The notes under the pieces: model-generated
Database searches by the model: none
Seen by the model: the letters and a program-made list of their open reading frames with translations, nothing else
Told to the model about the DNA's origin: nothing
Translations under genes and position numbers: made by a program
Assembly (NCBI GenBank): GCA_045535915.1
Contig: JAZSMP010000340.1
Span: forward strand, 1-32,577
DNA: 32,577 bases
DNA from: Eubacteriales bacterium
Lineage (GTDB): Bacteria; Bacillota; Clostridia; Oscillospirales; CAG-272
Direction: 5' to 3'
In this document: positions 18,514 through 28,045 of the stretch, one piece after another
Position numbering within the stretch: position 1 is the first letter of the stretch
Layout of the letters: each line of letters starts with the position of its first letter

Positions 18514-20745
18514 TTATTCTCTCATTTGTTCGCGCAGAGCTTTAAGTATTTTTGAATCCTCAAGATTTACCTTTTCCGCACCGCCTCGGGTAATAACGCT
18601 TATATCTTCGGGCAGATTCCATCTGTCACCGTTTTTATCCGAAATTATAGGTAAATATTCGACTTTAAATATATCAAGCTCATTGAAAACTTCAAGCATA
18701 ATGCGATATTTTACAAAGTTCGGAGCACTTTCCGACGGAAACTTTTCGGCAAAAAGTTTTTTCGCAGTAGTATCGGCAATACTCAACCTTACATCTGTCA
18801 GTAAATTCAGTATAAGTCTGTATAATGCAACAAAATCCTGCCTTTCGGGATAATAGCCTTCCGATTTTGTAAACTCTTCACCATTAAGTACAGAAAAAAG
18901 TTTAGAACGTTCAGCTGTACGTTCGTTATATACATCTTCAGCGTATCTTATATCGCTCAATATGAGCTGAAGATCTGTATGTCCGTTAAAAGTGTTTATG
19001 CCGACAGTAAACAAAACATCAACTTTATTGCCAATATTAAAACTATTTTGCGATTCGGAGACACCGAAAAGCAGACCGGTAAACTTGCATCCGTCTTTTT
19101 CAAAAGTAAATTTCAAATGTTTGCCTGCACCGATTCCTCTGACAGAAGTTACTGTGAGATCGGTCAGAATAAAAGTCGGTGTCGGATTTTGAGGTCCGCA
19201 GGGTTCGATCAGTTGATTGATCTCACGTGCAAAACTCAAAGTTACATCCTTAGGCGACAGAATCTTATCCGCTGCCAGCACCTGCACTCTTTCCAGATTA
19301 TTGAGGATCGGACGTGCATAATTATTCAGCTTTTCTCTGAAAGCTTCAAGATTTCCCCTTCTGATAGAAAGACCTGCTGCAAGTTCGTGACCTCCGTATT
19401 TTTCAAGAAGCTCGGAGCATTCCGCCAATGCGGCAACAAGATTAAAGCCTTCTACGCTTCTTCCGGATCCTTTTCCGAGATCAACAGGAGACTCATCACA
19501 AAGAGGCGGAATACTGCCGTCAAAAGTGATTAGTATCGACGGCATGCCGTATCTTTCGGTTATTCTCGAGGATACAATACCTATAACACCCTGCTGCCAG
19601 TCATTATCATCCAGAACGATAACACCGCCGTCTTTGATATGAAGATTCCATTCTTCTTCAATTTTTTCAAGCGCACCGTCAACGATCTTGTTCTCTTCTG
19701 CCTGACGCATTCTGTTGGTCTCGCAAAGCTCCTCGGCGATGATCTTTGCGTTATCGGGATCATCTGCCAACAGCAACTCAACGGCAATAGCAGCATTCGA
19801 CATTCTTCCCGCTGCATTCAAGCGAGGAGCTATGGTAAATCCAATATACGTAGAAGTAATTTCTTTTTTCGCCGCAGAATAAGCAGTTTTATTCGATGAA
19901 GCTTCAATCAATGCCGCAATACCGGGACGGGGTCTGGCTTCTATAATCTTCAGCCCCAATGAAACTATCATGCGGTTTTCGTCGCATATAGGCATTACAT
20001 CGGCAATTGTTCCGATTGACACCAAATCACCGTAAGTAAGCAGAGATTTCCTTTGTGCTTCATATTCTGTCATACCAGTTGCTGAACATCTTGCGATTTC
20101 AACTGCACATATCAATTTATATGCAACGCCAACACCCGCAAAATCCTTAAATGGATATGTATCATCAGGTCTGTGAGGATCTATAACAGCAACTGCGTCC
20201 GGCAATTCGGGACGACACTCATGGTGATCGGTAATAATAATATCAATTCCAAGCGACTTGGCATATTCAACTTCATCAATAGCGGTAATACCGGTATCAA
20301 CAGTGATTATAAGTGTTACACCCCTACTATGCAGTTTTCTGATTGCCGCACGGTTGACACCGTATCCTTCGTCACTTCTGCTGGGGATGTAATATCCCGC
20401 ACGCAAACCAAGCGAAGTAAGGTACAAATACATCATAGAGACAGATGTCACTCCGTCAACATCGTAATCGCCGTATATTGCTACGACTTCATTTTTATTA
20501 TCTATTGCTTTTAAAATTCTATGTACCGCCTTGTCCATATCCTTAAGCATATAAGGATCTTTCTGCTCGCAAGTATCTTTATTTACAAAATTATGAGCTC
20601 CTTCGGCGGTATTTCCGCTTCTGACGGCTATCAACTCGGCGGTAGCGCGTGATAATTTATATTTATCTATTAACATATCAACAACGCTCTCCGAACACTC
20701 ATAGTTTCGGAGAGACCATTGTTTCTTTACATCGGTATAATCCAT
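18514..20745 (-). CDS. recJ: Single-stranded-DNA-specific exonuclease RecJ
   Basis: The DHH motifs are IYGDYDVDGVTS, ITVDTG and ITDHH. The DHHA1 block GGHELAAG is present. The length is 743 aa. Confidence 0.95.
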   Translation of the reverse strand: MDYTDVKKQWSLRNYECSESVVDMLIDKYKLSRATAELIAVRSGNTAEGAHNFVNKDTCEQKDPYMLKDMDKAVHRILKAIDNKNEVVAIYGDYDVDGVTSVSMMYLYLTSLGLRAGYYIPSRSDEGYGVNRAAIRKLHSRGVTLIITVDTGITAIDEVEYAKSLGIDIIITDHHECRPELPDAVAVIDPHRPDDTYPFKDFAGVGVAYKLICAVEIARCSATGMTEYEAQRKSLLTYGDLVSIGTIADVMPICDENRMIVSLGLKIIEARPRPGIAALIEASSNKTAYSAAKKEITSTYIGFTIAPRLNAAGRMSNAAIAVELLLADDPDNAKIIAEELCETNRMRQAEENKIVDGALEKIEEEWNLHIKDGGVIVLDDNDWQQGVIGIVSSRITERYGMPSILITFDGSIPPLCDESPVDLGKGSGRSVEGFNLVAALAECSELLEKYGGHELAAGLSIRRGNLEAFREKLNNYARPILNNLERVQVLAADKILSPKDVTLSFAREINQLIEPCGPQNPTPTFILTDLTVTSVRGIGAGKHLKFTFEKDGCKFTGLLFGVSESQNSFNIGNKVDVLFTVGINTFNGHTDLQLILSDIRYAEDVYNERTAERSKLFSVLNGEEFTKSEGYYPERQDFVALYRLILNLLTDVRLSIADTTAKKLFAEKFPSESAPNFVKYRIMLEVFNELDIFKVEYLPIISDKNGDRWNLPEDISVITRGGAEKVNLEDSKILKALREQMRE

Positions 20746-20790
20746 TTAAATATTGCTTTCGTATTAAAATATTTAGTCAAAATTCATTAA

Positions 20791-22434
20791 TTATCGGGGC
20801 GAAAATCTTTTCATTACGGCAAGCGCCGTTCTTATTCCGTCCACGGCAGCACTCGTGATTCCTCCCGCATATCCGGCGCCCTCGCCGCAAGGATACACAC
20901 ATTTCCTTCCGCACGCAATACCCGACTCATCACGTAATATTCTTATCGGAGCAGAAGTTCTGCTCTCTACGGCAGTCATCACAGCATCATAAGCGTCAAA
21001 ACCGGGAAGTTTCTTTGCAAAGGAATTAAAACCGTGACGAAGTTCTTCATTAACGTAAGGCGGGAAAATTTCCGAAATATCGCTTACCCTGACACTGCCT
21101 CGTGTATAAGAAGGCATTATTCTTTCCGGAGATCTTAAAGAAGTCTTTTTTCCGCATAAAAAATCTCCAAGTAATTCAACCGGTGCAGTAAAGTTTCCGC
21201 CGCCCAAAGTAAATGCCTTTCTTTCAAGTGCTCTTTGGAATTCTACTGCACCCATGGGCGTTCCGTCATAATCATCGGGCCGAATGCTGACGGCGACCGC
21301 AGAATTTGAATTAAGTCCGTTTCTGGCATGCCTGCTCATTCCGTTTACAACAAGTCCGCCTTCTTCGGAAGATGCCGCAACCACTTCGCCTCCGGGACAC
21401 ATACAAAAAGTGTATACTCCTCTTCCGTTCTTGGTATCGGACAGCGCATATTCTGCAGCGCCTAACAGTGGATCACCCGCGTGATCGCCATAAAGACCTC
21501 TCTCAATATCTTCGCGAAGATGTTCTATTCTGACTCCAACCGAAAACGGTTTTGCAATCATCGAAAAACCACTGTCATTCAAATATGAGTAAGTATCCCT
21601 TGCACTATGACCGATAGCAAGAATAATGCTGCTTCCGCAAAAATCCCCGAGACTCGTTTTGGCAGTTACACTTCCGTCGTCATTTTCCGATATAGCCTTA
21701 AGCAAGCAATTATAGTAGACCTCTCCTCCATATTCCAATACTTTATCAAGAAGATTCTTGACCACACCCTGCAACAAGTCTGTTCCGATGTGCGGTTTCG
21801 CCATATAACTTATTTCAGCAGGGGCTCCAAAATCCCGCAATCTGTTTATTACATACCTGCATAGAGGATCATTTATGCGAGTAACCAGTTTTCCGTCAGA
21901 AAATGTTCCGGCACCGCCCGCCCCAAACATTACATTTGACTCGGTATTAAGCATGCCTGTTTTGAAAAAAGAATTTACAGAAGCAATACGATCTTCAAGC
22001 TTTTCTCCTCGTTCAATCAAAATAGGCTTATATCCTTGTTCTGCAAGAATCAATGCCGCAAACATTCCTGCGGGTCCGGCACCGACTACGATGGGACGGT
22101 GGTTGGACTTTTCGGTCCCAAAATCAAGGTTTATATCATTTGAATCATCTAAGCGAAAGCCTTCTTTTGAAATACGCGCTGAATCCACCTTGAAACCCTC
22201 GGCAGATTCTGCAAGAACGGTATAAACGAATCTAATATCATCCTTACGTCTCGCATCTACAGATCTTCTGTAAACAGAAAAAGAAACGTCGCTGTTATTA
22301 ACTTGTGCGATTCTGCGCAATTTCTTGCTTACAATCTCAAAAGCCTCCGCGGATGCAGCGGTATACGGCAGCGAGATAGTTTCTGAAATCAATCTGTTGC
22401 ATTTGATCTTTGTGGGTTCCATTTCTAAAATCAA
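20791..22434 (-). CDS. Uncharacterised FAD-dependent dehydrogenase (COG2509-like)
   Basis: The dinucleotide-binding motif is IVVGAGPAGMFAALILAEQG, followed by GAGGAGTFSDGKL. The C-terminal block PCGEGAGYAGGI is present. The track start is a TTG that overlaps the cdaR stop (TTGA). An alternative ATG at 22422 (MEPTKIK) is possible. Confidence 0.75.
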   Translation of the reverse strand: MILEMEPTKIKCNRLISETISLPYTAASAEAFEIVSKKLRRIAQVNNSDVSFSVYRRSVDARRKDDIRFVYTVLAESAEGFKVDSARISKEGFRLDDSNDINLDFGTEKSNHRPIVVGAGPAGMFAALILAEQGYKPILIERGEKLEDRIASVNSFFKTGMLNTESNVMFGAGGAGTFSDGKLVTRINDPLCRYVINRLRDFGAPAEISYMAKPHIGTDLLQGVVKNLLDKVLEYGGEVYYNCLLKAISENDDGSVTAKTSLGDFCGSSIILAIGHSARDTYSYLNDSGFSMIAKPFSVGVRIEHLREDIERGLYGDHAGDPLLGAAEYALSDTKNGRGVYTFCMCPGGEVVAASSEEGGLVVNGMSRHARNGLNSNSAVAVSIRPDDYDGTPMGAVEFQRALERKAFTLGGGNFTAPVELLGDFLCGKKTSLRSPERIMPSYTRGSVRVSDISEIFPPYVNEELRHGFNSFAKKLPGFDAYDAVMTAVESRTSAPIRILRDESGIACGRKCVYPCGEGAGYAGGITSAAVDGIRTALAVMKRFSPR

Positions 22435-23492
22435 GCCTCTGTTGTGGTTTCCGCCGTATTTGCCGGATCGGTATCAGTCGTAGTGTCCTCGGGGGGAGTT
22501 GTCATTTCCGCGAGCTCTGCGACAATAGTAACTGTTTTGGGCGGATTAAGGATTTCAACACCGCTCGGGAATAATAGCGAATCGAATCCGATTTGCACCG
22601 ATACATCATTTCCGTCCAAAGCATAAATATTAACAAAATCAAGTTCATTCAACACCTTGGGGTCGCCTTTAACCTTGACTTGTTCCGTAGATACGTAAAC
22701 GGATGAATAATCCGATGCACTCACGCCCGGAAGATAAGTGCAAAGAAGCGATACGCTCTTCTCCATAGTGACGGGAACTGTTACTGTCACGCTCATGTTA
22801 TCGATCGAAAGATAGGTAGAATCAATAAGATTTCCGGACTTATCAACCAAAACGACCTCGGTACGGATTACTGTGCTGGTCATTACCGTTCCGAGATTAA
22901 TATACGCTTGGGCAGATTTAATCCTTTCAACAACATCTGACGGTCCCTTAACTATAACGGAAGTGATATCGGAAGTGGGTTCTCCCATTTCATAAATTGT
23001 ATCCATGCTGTATTCGGTTACATTAATCTCAACTCCGATTTCACGTTCGACATTTTCGTCAACAGAAACAACTACTGTTTCCGGATATCTGGAAACCAGA
23101 GAAACAGTGTTGGGGAGATTTACAGATACCTCAAGACTGTGTTTGCCGCTTTCTGTAAGTTTGCTTATGTCGATATATGCAGAAAAATCATTTTCGGACA
23201 GCTTGGCAATATCGCTTCTGAGTCCTTTAACAGTAATGCTGACTTTGCTTTCCTCGAGATTCACCACAGACATGTTAGTTTTGTCTTCAAGTTCTTCCCA
23301 ACCCTCAATGTCAATATCAATCAAGTTGAATGTCTTTTCAAAATCCTGAGTGGTAATATTAACAACATAGATCCAAATACCGAGTGCAACAATGAAACAG
23401 AGAATTCTTGAGAAGAACCATTGCTTGGGCAAGCCTGTTTTTTCGCCGCCCGATGAATTTGCATCATAAAAATTCTTGAAAGCATTATTCAT
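22431..23492 (-). CDS. cdaR: YbbR-domain protein CdaR (regulator of diadenylate cyclase CdaA)
   Basis: It has an N-terminal TM helix followed by repeated beta-rich YbbR-like modules, with blocks such as VSITVKGLRSD, VVVSVDENVERE and MSVTVTVPV. It overlaps the end of cdaA by 8 nt. The C-terminal tail is T/P/E-rich. Confidence 0.8.
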   Translation of the reverse strand: MNNAFKNFYDANSSGGEKTGLPKQWFFSRILCFIVALGIWIYVVNITTQDFEKTFNLIDIDIEGWEELEDKTNMSVVNLEESKVSITVKGLRSDIAKLSENDFSAYIDISKLTESGKHSLEVSVNLPNTVSLVSRYPETVVVSVDENVEREIGVEINVTEYSMDTIYEMGEPTSDITSVIVKGPSDVVERIKSAQAYINLGTVMTSTVIRTEVVLVDKSGNLIDSTYLSIDNMSVTVTVPVTMEKSVSLLCTYLPGVSASDYSSVYVSTEQVKVKGDPKVLNELDFVNIYALDGNDVSVQIGFDSLLFPSGVEILNPPKTVTIVAELAEMTTPPEDTTTDTDPANTAETTTEA

Positions 23493-24387
23493 TTTCGGCT
23501 CCTCCCTTCCTATTTCTTCTCTGTTTCTTATTCTTCTTTTCGCCGGGTTGACGTTTTGAATTATCCGCGGGAAGTAAATATTTTGTTATTTCCTTCTTCA
23601 GAGATTCTTCGGTGAAATCTCTTGTAAGTTCACCGTCAATCGCAACCGAAATCGTTCCGGTCTCTTCCGAAACAACTATTACTATTGCATCGCTGACTTC
23701 GGACAGTCCCAAAGCTGCGCGGTGGCGGGTTCCAAGATCCTTGTTTACATCAGCGTTTGACAAAGGCAGATAGCATCCTGCAGCGTAAATTCGTTTATCG
23801 CGTACAATCATAGCGCCATCGTGCATAGGAGCTTTGTTAAAGAATATGTTTCTGATAAGCAGCGATGACATCTCAGCGTTAAGTATAACACCGTGCGACA
23901 AATGCTCGCCTAGCTTCGTTGAGCGTTCAATTGCAATGAGTGCTCCTGTTTTTGTATTTGAAAGGACCTCTGCCGCCTCAGCTATAGTCTCCGCTGTATT
24001 AATTATCGCTTTGGCATCTGTTTCGCTTATACCTCGAAAATCTTTGATTTTCGTGGAACCGAATCGTTCAAGAGCGGCGCGCAAATCCGATTGGAATATA
24101 ACAATCAGCGCGATCATACCAACCTGTACAAAGTTCTCGAGGATATAGATCAATGCCCTCATATTGAAAATCATACTGATAAAGAGGACTGCCATTACTA
24201 TAAGAATACCGCGCGCCAAACGAACCGCGCGGCGCTGGCGTATAAATTTGTATACGTAAAACAGTATTATCGAAAGAATAACAATGTCAACGAAGTCGAC
24301 AAACTTCATTTCGGCAATAACACCTATAACATATCGATTAACAAGGTCTGCAAATATTCTCCAGTACTCATAAATTCTATCTAACAT
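23485..24387 (-). CDS. cdaA: Diadenylate cyclase CdaA (c-di-AMP synthase)
   Basis: It has three N-terminal TM helices and a DAC domain with the blocks TGALIAIER, MHDGAMIV and GTRHRAALGLSE. Confidence 0.9.
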   Translation of the reverse strand: MLDRIYEYWRIFADLVNRYVIGVIAEMKFVDFVDIVILSIILFYVYKFIRQRRAVRLARGILIVMAVLFISMIFNMRALIYILENFVQVGMIALIVIFQSDLRAALERFGSTKIKDFRGISETDAKAIINTAETIAEAAEVLSNTKTGALIAIERSTKLGEHLSHGVILNAEMSSLLIRNIFFNKAPMHDGAMIVRDKRIYAAGCYLPLSNADVNKDLGTRHRAALGLSEVSDAIVIVVSEETGTISVAIDGELTRDFTEESLKKEITKYLLPADNSKRQPGEKKNKKQRRNRKGGAENE

Positions 24388-24422
24388 TGCCAGCTCCGTA
24401 ATAAATGAATATGATTATATAT

Positions 24423-24451
24423 ATTTTATCACATATATTAGAATATTTCAA
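24423..24451 (-). promoter_or_regulatory. Candidate sigma-A promoter for cdaA
   Basis: The minus strand reads TTGAAA (24451-24446), a 17-nt spacer and TAAAAT (24428-24423). A TG two bases upstream of the -10 gives an extended -10. The region is AT-rich, so alternative hexamers exist. Confidence 0.4.
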
Positions 24452-24521
24452 TAGTAAATTCAAGAAAAAAACAAAGAATCAATTAAAATTTAATTCACGC
24501 TATCGTATTCACAAAAATTTC

Positions 24522-24550
24522 ATACATACAAGCACTAAATGTGCTATAAT
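24522..24550 (+). promoter_or_regulatory. Candidate extended -10 promoter for the Fe-ADH/araD pair, with an overlapping small inverted repeat
   Basis: TGCTATAAT lies at 24542-24550, and the -35 (ATACAT) is weak. The inverted repeat AGCAC-taaat-GTGCT (24531-24545) overlaps the -10. A direct repeat ATTCAC-8 nt-ATTCAC lies just upstream (24494-24513). Confidence 0.4.
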
Positions 24551-24586
24551 TATTTTATTAAAAGTCAAGCATGAAAGGAGTTACAT

Positions 24587-25705
24587 ATGATCTTTTCGAT
24601 AAATATTCCCGTGAAAATAATTTCGGGCAGGGGATGTCTGATCAACCACTCAAAGGATATTGTGATCGGATCTAAAGCATTCGTTGTTACCGGCAAAGCC
24701 GGAGCAAAATCAAGCGGCGCACTCACCGATACCATTCGTATACTTGAAGAAAATCGCATCGAATATTATCTTTATTCCGATGTGAAAGCTAACCCTCCCC
24801 TTCTTGATGCATATGAAGCAGGCAAATCCGCACGCAATTTCGATGCCGATTTTATCATCGGTATAGGAGGCGGTTCCGCAATGGATGCAGCAAAAGCTAT
24901 TGCAGCGTTTGCAGCCAATCCTTCTATCAAGCCGGAAGATATTTTCACATCATCCAATCTCGAAAACGGTGCGCTTCCAATCGTACTGATCCCAACCACT
25001 GCCGGAACCGGAAGCGAAGCTAATCCATATTCCGTGCTTTCTCTCCCGGACGGCGAAAGAAAGAAGACTTATTCGTCGAACTTTGCATGGGCGAAAGTTG
25101 CATTCCTTGATCCGGCATATACCGAATCTCTCAACTATTCTACAACCGTCAGCACAGCTCTCGACGCATTTGCTCATGCACTTGAATCATATCTTTCACC
25201 GAAATCAACCGCGCTTTCCGCTATGTTGGCTGAGTATGCTGCAAAAAACATATGGGACGTGCTGACACAAATGCCCGACGAATTCACGCCTGAACTTAGA
25301 GATATGCTTTGCTACGCTTCTTGTGCAGCCGGAGCCGCCATCAGTATCACGGGCACAGGATTCCCGCATCCGCTCGGATACAGCCTTACAATGCTTTCAG
25401 GAATCCCGCACGGTCGTGCATGCGCTGTATTCCACGGTGACTATATCGAATACAATATGCGTACTGAAGAAGGAGCGACTAAAATGAACAGTCTGGCATC
25501 TGCTTTGGGAACTACTCCGCGCCTCATGGCAGAATTTCTTCCCGGTCTTGCAGACGTAAATATAACTCTCACTGACGATGAAATCAAAGAATACGTAGAT
25601 TTGATCAAAGCCGCCAAAAACTATACTAACAGTCCTTATGTATTAAGCGAAAATGAAATGCTTGAAATATACAAAAGGCATTTCACTCGGAAAAGAGGAA
25701 GATGA
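24587..25705 (+). CDS. Iron-containing (group III) alcohol dehydrogenase
   Basis: It contains GIGGGSAMDAAKAI, IPTTAGTGSE and DAFAHALE. The length is 372 aa. A GAAAGGAG RBS lies 7 nt upstream. Confidence 0.85.
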   Translation: MIFSINIPVKIISGRGCLINHSKDIVIGSKAFVVTGKAGAKSSGALTDTIRILEENRIEYYLYSDVKANPPLLDAYEAGKSARNFDADFIIGIGGGSAMDAAKAIAAFAANPSIKPEDIFTSSNLENGALPIVLIPTTAGTGSEANPYSVLSLPDGERKKTYSSNFAWAKVAFLDPAYTESLNYSTTVSTALDAFAHALESYLSPKSTALSAMLAEYAAKNIWDVLTQMPDEFTPELRDMLCYASCAAGAAISITGTGFPHPLGYSLTMLSGIPHGRACAVFHGDYIEYNMRTEEGATKMNSLASALGTTPRLMAEFLPGLADVNITLTDDEIKEYVDLIKAAKNYTNSPYVLSENEMLEIYKRHFTRKRGR

Positions 25706-26409
25706 TGCTTGAAAATCTGAAAAAAGAAGTCTATCGGGCAAATATGATGCTCGTTGAAAGAAATCTTGTTATTAACACTTGGGGAAACGTAAGCGGAATC
25801 GACAGAGAAAGCGGGTTGGTTGTAATCAAACCTTCAGGCGTTGAATATTCCGACCTTTCTCCAATCGATCTTCCCGTGCTCGATCTTGAAGGTAATGTTG
25901 TTGAAGGTAGCTACAAACCTTCTTCAGATACCGCTACTCATCTTGCTCTCTATCGTGCGTTTCCGGAAATCGGCGGAATTACACATACCCATTCACTTTA
26001 CGCAACTTCGTTTGCTCAGGCAGGAAGAGGTATCAAAGCTTACGGAACAACACACGCCGACTACTATCCCGGCATCATTCCATGCTCCAGAAAAATGACT
26101 CCGGGAGAAATCAACGAAAATTACGAACTTAACACCGGAAAAGTGATAATCGAAACAATTGCCGATATTGGTGCAGACAAGCTTCACGCATGTCTTGTCT
26201 ATTCACACGGTCCCTTTACATGGGGCAAGGACGCCATTGCTTCCGTTGATGCAGCGGTCGTCCTTGAAGTCGTTGCTCAAATGGCATTCAATACCGAAAT
26301 CCTGCAGACTGCTACCAATTTAAACGGTGGAATCCCCATGCAACAGGATCTTCTCTTAAAGCACTATAACCGCAAGCACGGTCCTAACGCCACCTACGGT
26401 CAAAACTGA
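25702..26409 (+). CDS. araD: L-ribulose-5-phosphate 4-epimerase (AraD/SgbE/UlaF type class II aldolase-fold enzyme)
   Basis: The sequence is near-colinear with E. coli AraD as I remember it. Shared blocks are TWGNVSGIDRE, VIKPSGVEY, KPSSDT.TH, GGITHTHS, GTTHADY, IPC.RKMT and KHY.RKHG. The length is 235 aa. Its ATG overlaps the ADH stop (ATGA). Confidence 0.9.
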   Translation: MMLENLKKEVYRANMMLVERNLVINTWGNVSGIDRESGLVVIKPSGVEYSDLSPIDLPVLDLEGNVVEGSYKPSSDTATHLALYRAFPEIGGITHTHSLYATSFAQAGRGIKAYGTTHADYYPGIIPCSRKMTPGEINENYELNTGKVIIETIADIGADKLHACLVYSHGPFTWGKDAIASVDAAVVLEVVAQMAFNTEILQTATNLNGGIPMQQDLLLKHYNRKHGPNATYGQN

Positions 26410-26415
26410 ATCATA

Positions 26416-26455
26416 AAAAGCCAAAGCTTTCTTAATGAAAACTTTGGCTTTTTTA
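26416..26455. terminator. Bidirectional rho-independent terminator between the convergent araD and cls genes
   Basis: The hairpin is AAAAAGCCAAAGCTTTC-ttaat-GAAAACTTTGGCTTTTT. It has 16 paired positions with one mismatch and is flanked by A and T runs. Confidence 0.75.
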
Positions 26456-28009
26456 TTATAATAGCGGCGCAAACAATCTCATTATGCTGTTTATAAATCT
26501 CATAAAGAGACCTGCGCGGCATTCGTCTTTTGTAATTTCATGACTAATTTCAAGAGTGGTTAAAAAATCTTCCTTTGCTTGCATAACAGCACTGCTGCCG
26601 TAAAGCATTGTTCCGCATTCGAAATGAAGGTACAAACTTCGAAAATCGAGATTAGCAGTTCCTATACTTGCGACCCGATCGTCGCTGACCATGACCTTGG
26701 AATGGATGAACCCCGGTGTGTATTCATATATTCTGACTCCGCCATCAATCAGTTCGCTGTAATAAGAACGTGTAGTTACATGCACCATCTTTTTATCCCA
26801 TTTATGCGGAGCAATTATTCTTACGTCAACGCCGCTCTTTGCCGCAAGAGTCAAGGAAGTAAGCATACTGTTATCGATAATTAAGTATGGTGTCATAATA
26901 TACAAATACTTTTTTGCTTGTTCGATTATCCGGGTATAAACATGCTCACATACGTGGTCTGTATCCAACGGACTGTCACAATAAGGCTGAACGTAACCGT
27001 CATGTATCTCACATATTTGTTCAGATGTATTTGGCTTCAGATCGGCTATATTCGCAACAAGCGAATGTTCCGAATCAGTTAATATCCAATTTTTCATAAA
27101 GATAACGGTTAACGCCCATGCCGCATCTCCGGTAAGCTTTACCGCTGCATCCTTCCATCTTCCGTATTTTTCGATTTCGTTTATATATTCATCTGCAATA
27201 TTAACCCCTCCGGTAAAAGCGACTTTACCATCTACCGAACAAATTTTTCTGTGATCCCTATTATTTTGCAGACCCGTCAGGATCGGACGAAATCTGTTAA
27301 AAGCACGGCATTCGATGCCCAGTTCTGCAAGTTTTTCCGGATATTTCTTCGGAAGTTGAAAAATGCATCCGAAATCGTCATATATTATCCTGACATCAAC
27401 TCCGCTTTTGGCTTTTTCTGCGAGAATATCCAAAACAGAACCCCACATCTTACCTTCACTGATGATAAAATACTCCAGAAAAATGTATCTTTCGGCATTG
27501 CTGAGCGCATCCAATAACGCAGGATAAAAATCTTCTCCTGAAGAGTAATATTCCGTTTCTGTATGATCACATACAGGGAATCCTGCATATTTATATAGAT
27601 ATGCTATCTGCTTTTGATTTTCCGGATAGTTATCCGAAGCACGTTGTGCGCATGACTCGGAATAATCCGTAACAGCTGTAGCCATTTCATCAATTTGTTT
27701 CATAAACGGTTCCATCAGTCTCATAGACGTCTGAATGGAAAAAACAAGGTATAACAGCCCGCCGAATATGGGAAAACACAAAATAAGATATATCCAAGTC
27801 AATTTATAAGCGTCTTTAGTATGTCTCACAATAACCACAAGACTTATGAGCAGACTTATTAAATTAAAAGCCACAGCAATATACGGCGATGATTTTGCTC
27901 CGCTAAAAATAATCCAAATCAAGACTGATATTTGTATTATAATCGAAAATGCAACAATTACTCTTCCGCGGAAAAAATGAGGTAAAACTCTTTTCTTGTT
28001 GGTTGACAT
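26456..28009 (-). CDS. cls: Cardiolipin synthase (PLD superfamily)
   Basis: It has two N-terminal TM helices and two HKD motifs, HRKICSVDGKVAFTGGVNI and HSKVMVSDDRVASIGTANLD. The length is 517 aa. An AAAGGAG RBS is present. Confidence 0.9.
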   Translation of the reverse strand: MSTNKKRVLPHFFRGRVIVAFSIIIQISVLIWIIFSGAKSSPYIAVAFNLISLLISLVVIVRHTKDAYKLTWIYLILCFPIFGGLLYLVFSIQTSMRLMEPFMKQIDEMATAVTDYSESCAQRASDNYPENQKQIAYLYKYAGFPVCDHTETEYYSSGEDFYPALLDALSNAERYIFLEYFIISEGKMWGSVLDILAEKAKSGVDVRIIYDDFGCIFQLPKKYPEKLAELGIECRAFNRFRPILTGLQNNRDHRKICSVDGKVAFTGGVNIADEYINEIEKYGRWKDAAVKLTGDAAWALTVIFMKNWILTDSEHSLVANIADLKPNTSEQICEIHDGYVQPYCDSPLDTDHVCEHVYTRIIEQAKKYLYIMTPYLIIDNSMLTSLTLAAKSGVDVRIIAPHKWDKKMVHVTTRSYYSELIDGGVRIYEYTPGFIHSKVMVSDDRVASIGTANLDFRSLYLHFECGTMLYGSSAVMQAKEDFLTTLEISHEITKDECRAGLFMRFINSIMRLFAPLL

Positions 28010-28045
28010 TATATCTCCTTTCTAAGATTTTTATAACATACCTTA

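Noticed and set aside
18113-18853. A 246-aa plus-strand ORF bridging the relA start and the recJ end.
   Set aside because: It is antisense to two highly conserved genes and runs through their intergenic gap. Its sequence is compositionally odd and has no domain-like features.
24405-24590. A 61-aa ORF in the cdaA/ADH divergent intergenic region.
   Set aside because: The region is very AT-rich and promoter-containing. The peptide is K/I/N-rich and low in complexity, has no RBS, and would run through the ADH promoter and RBS.
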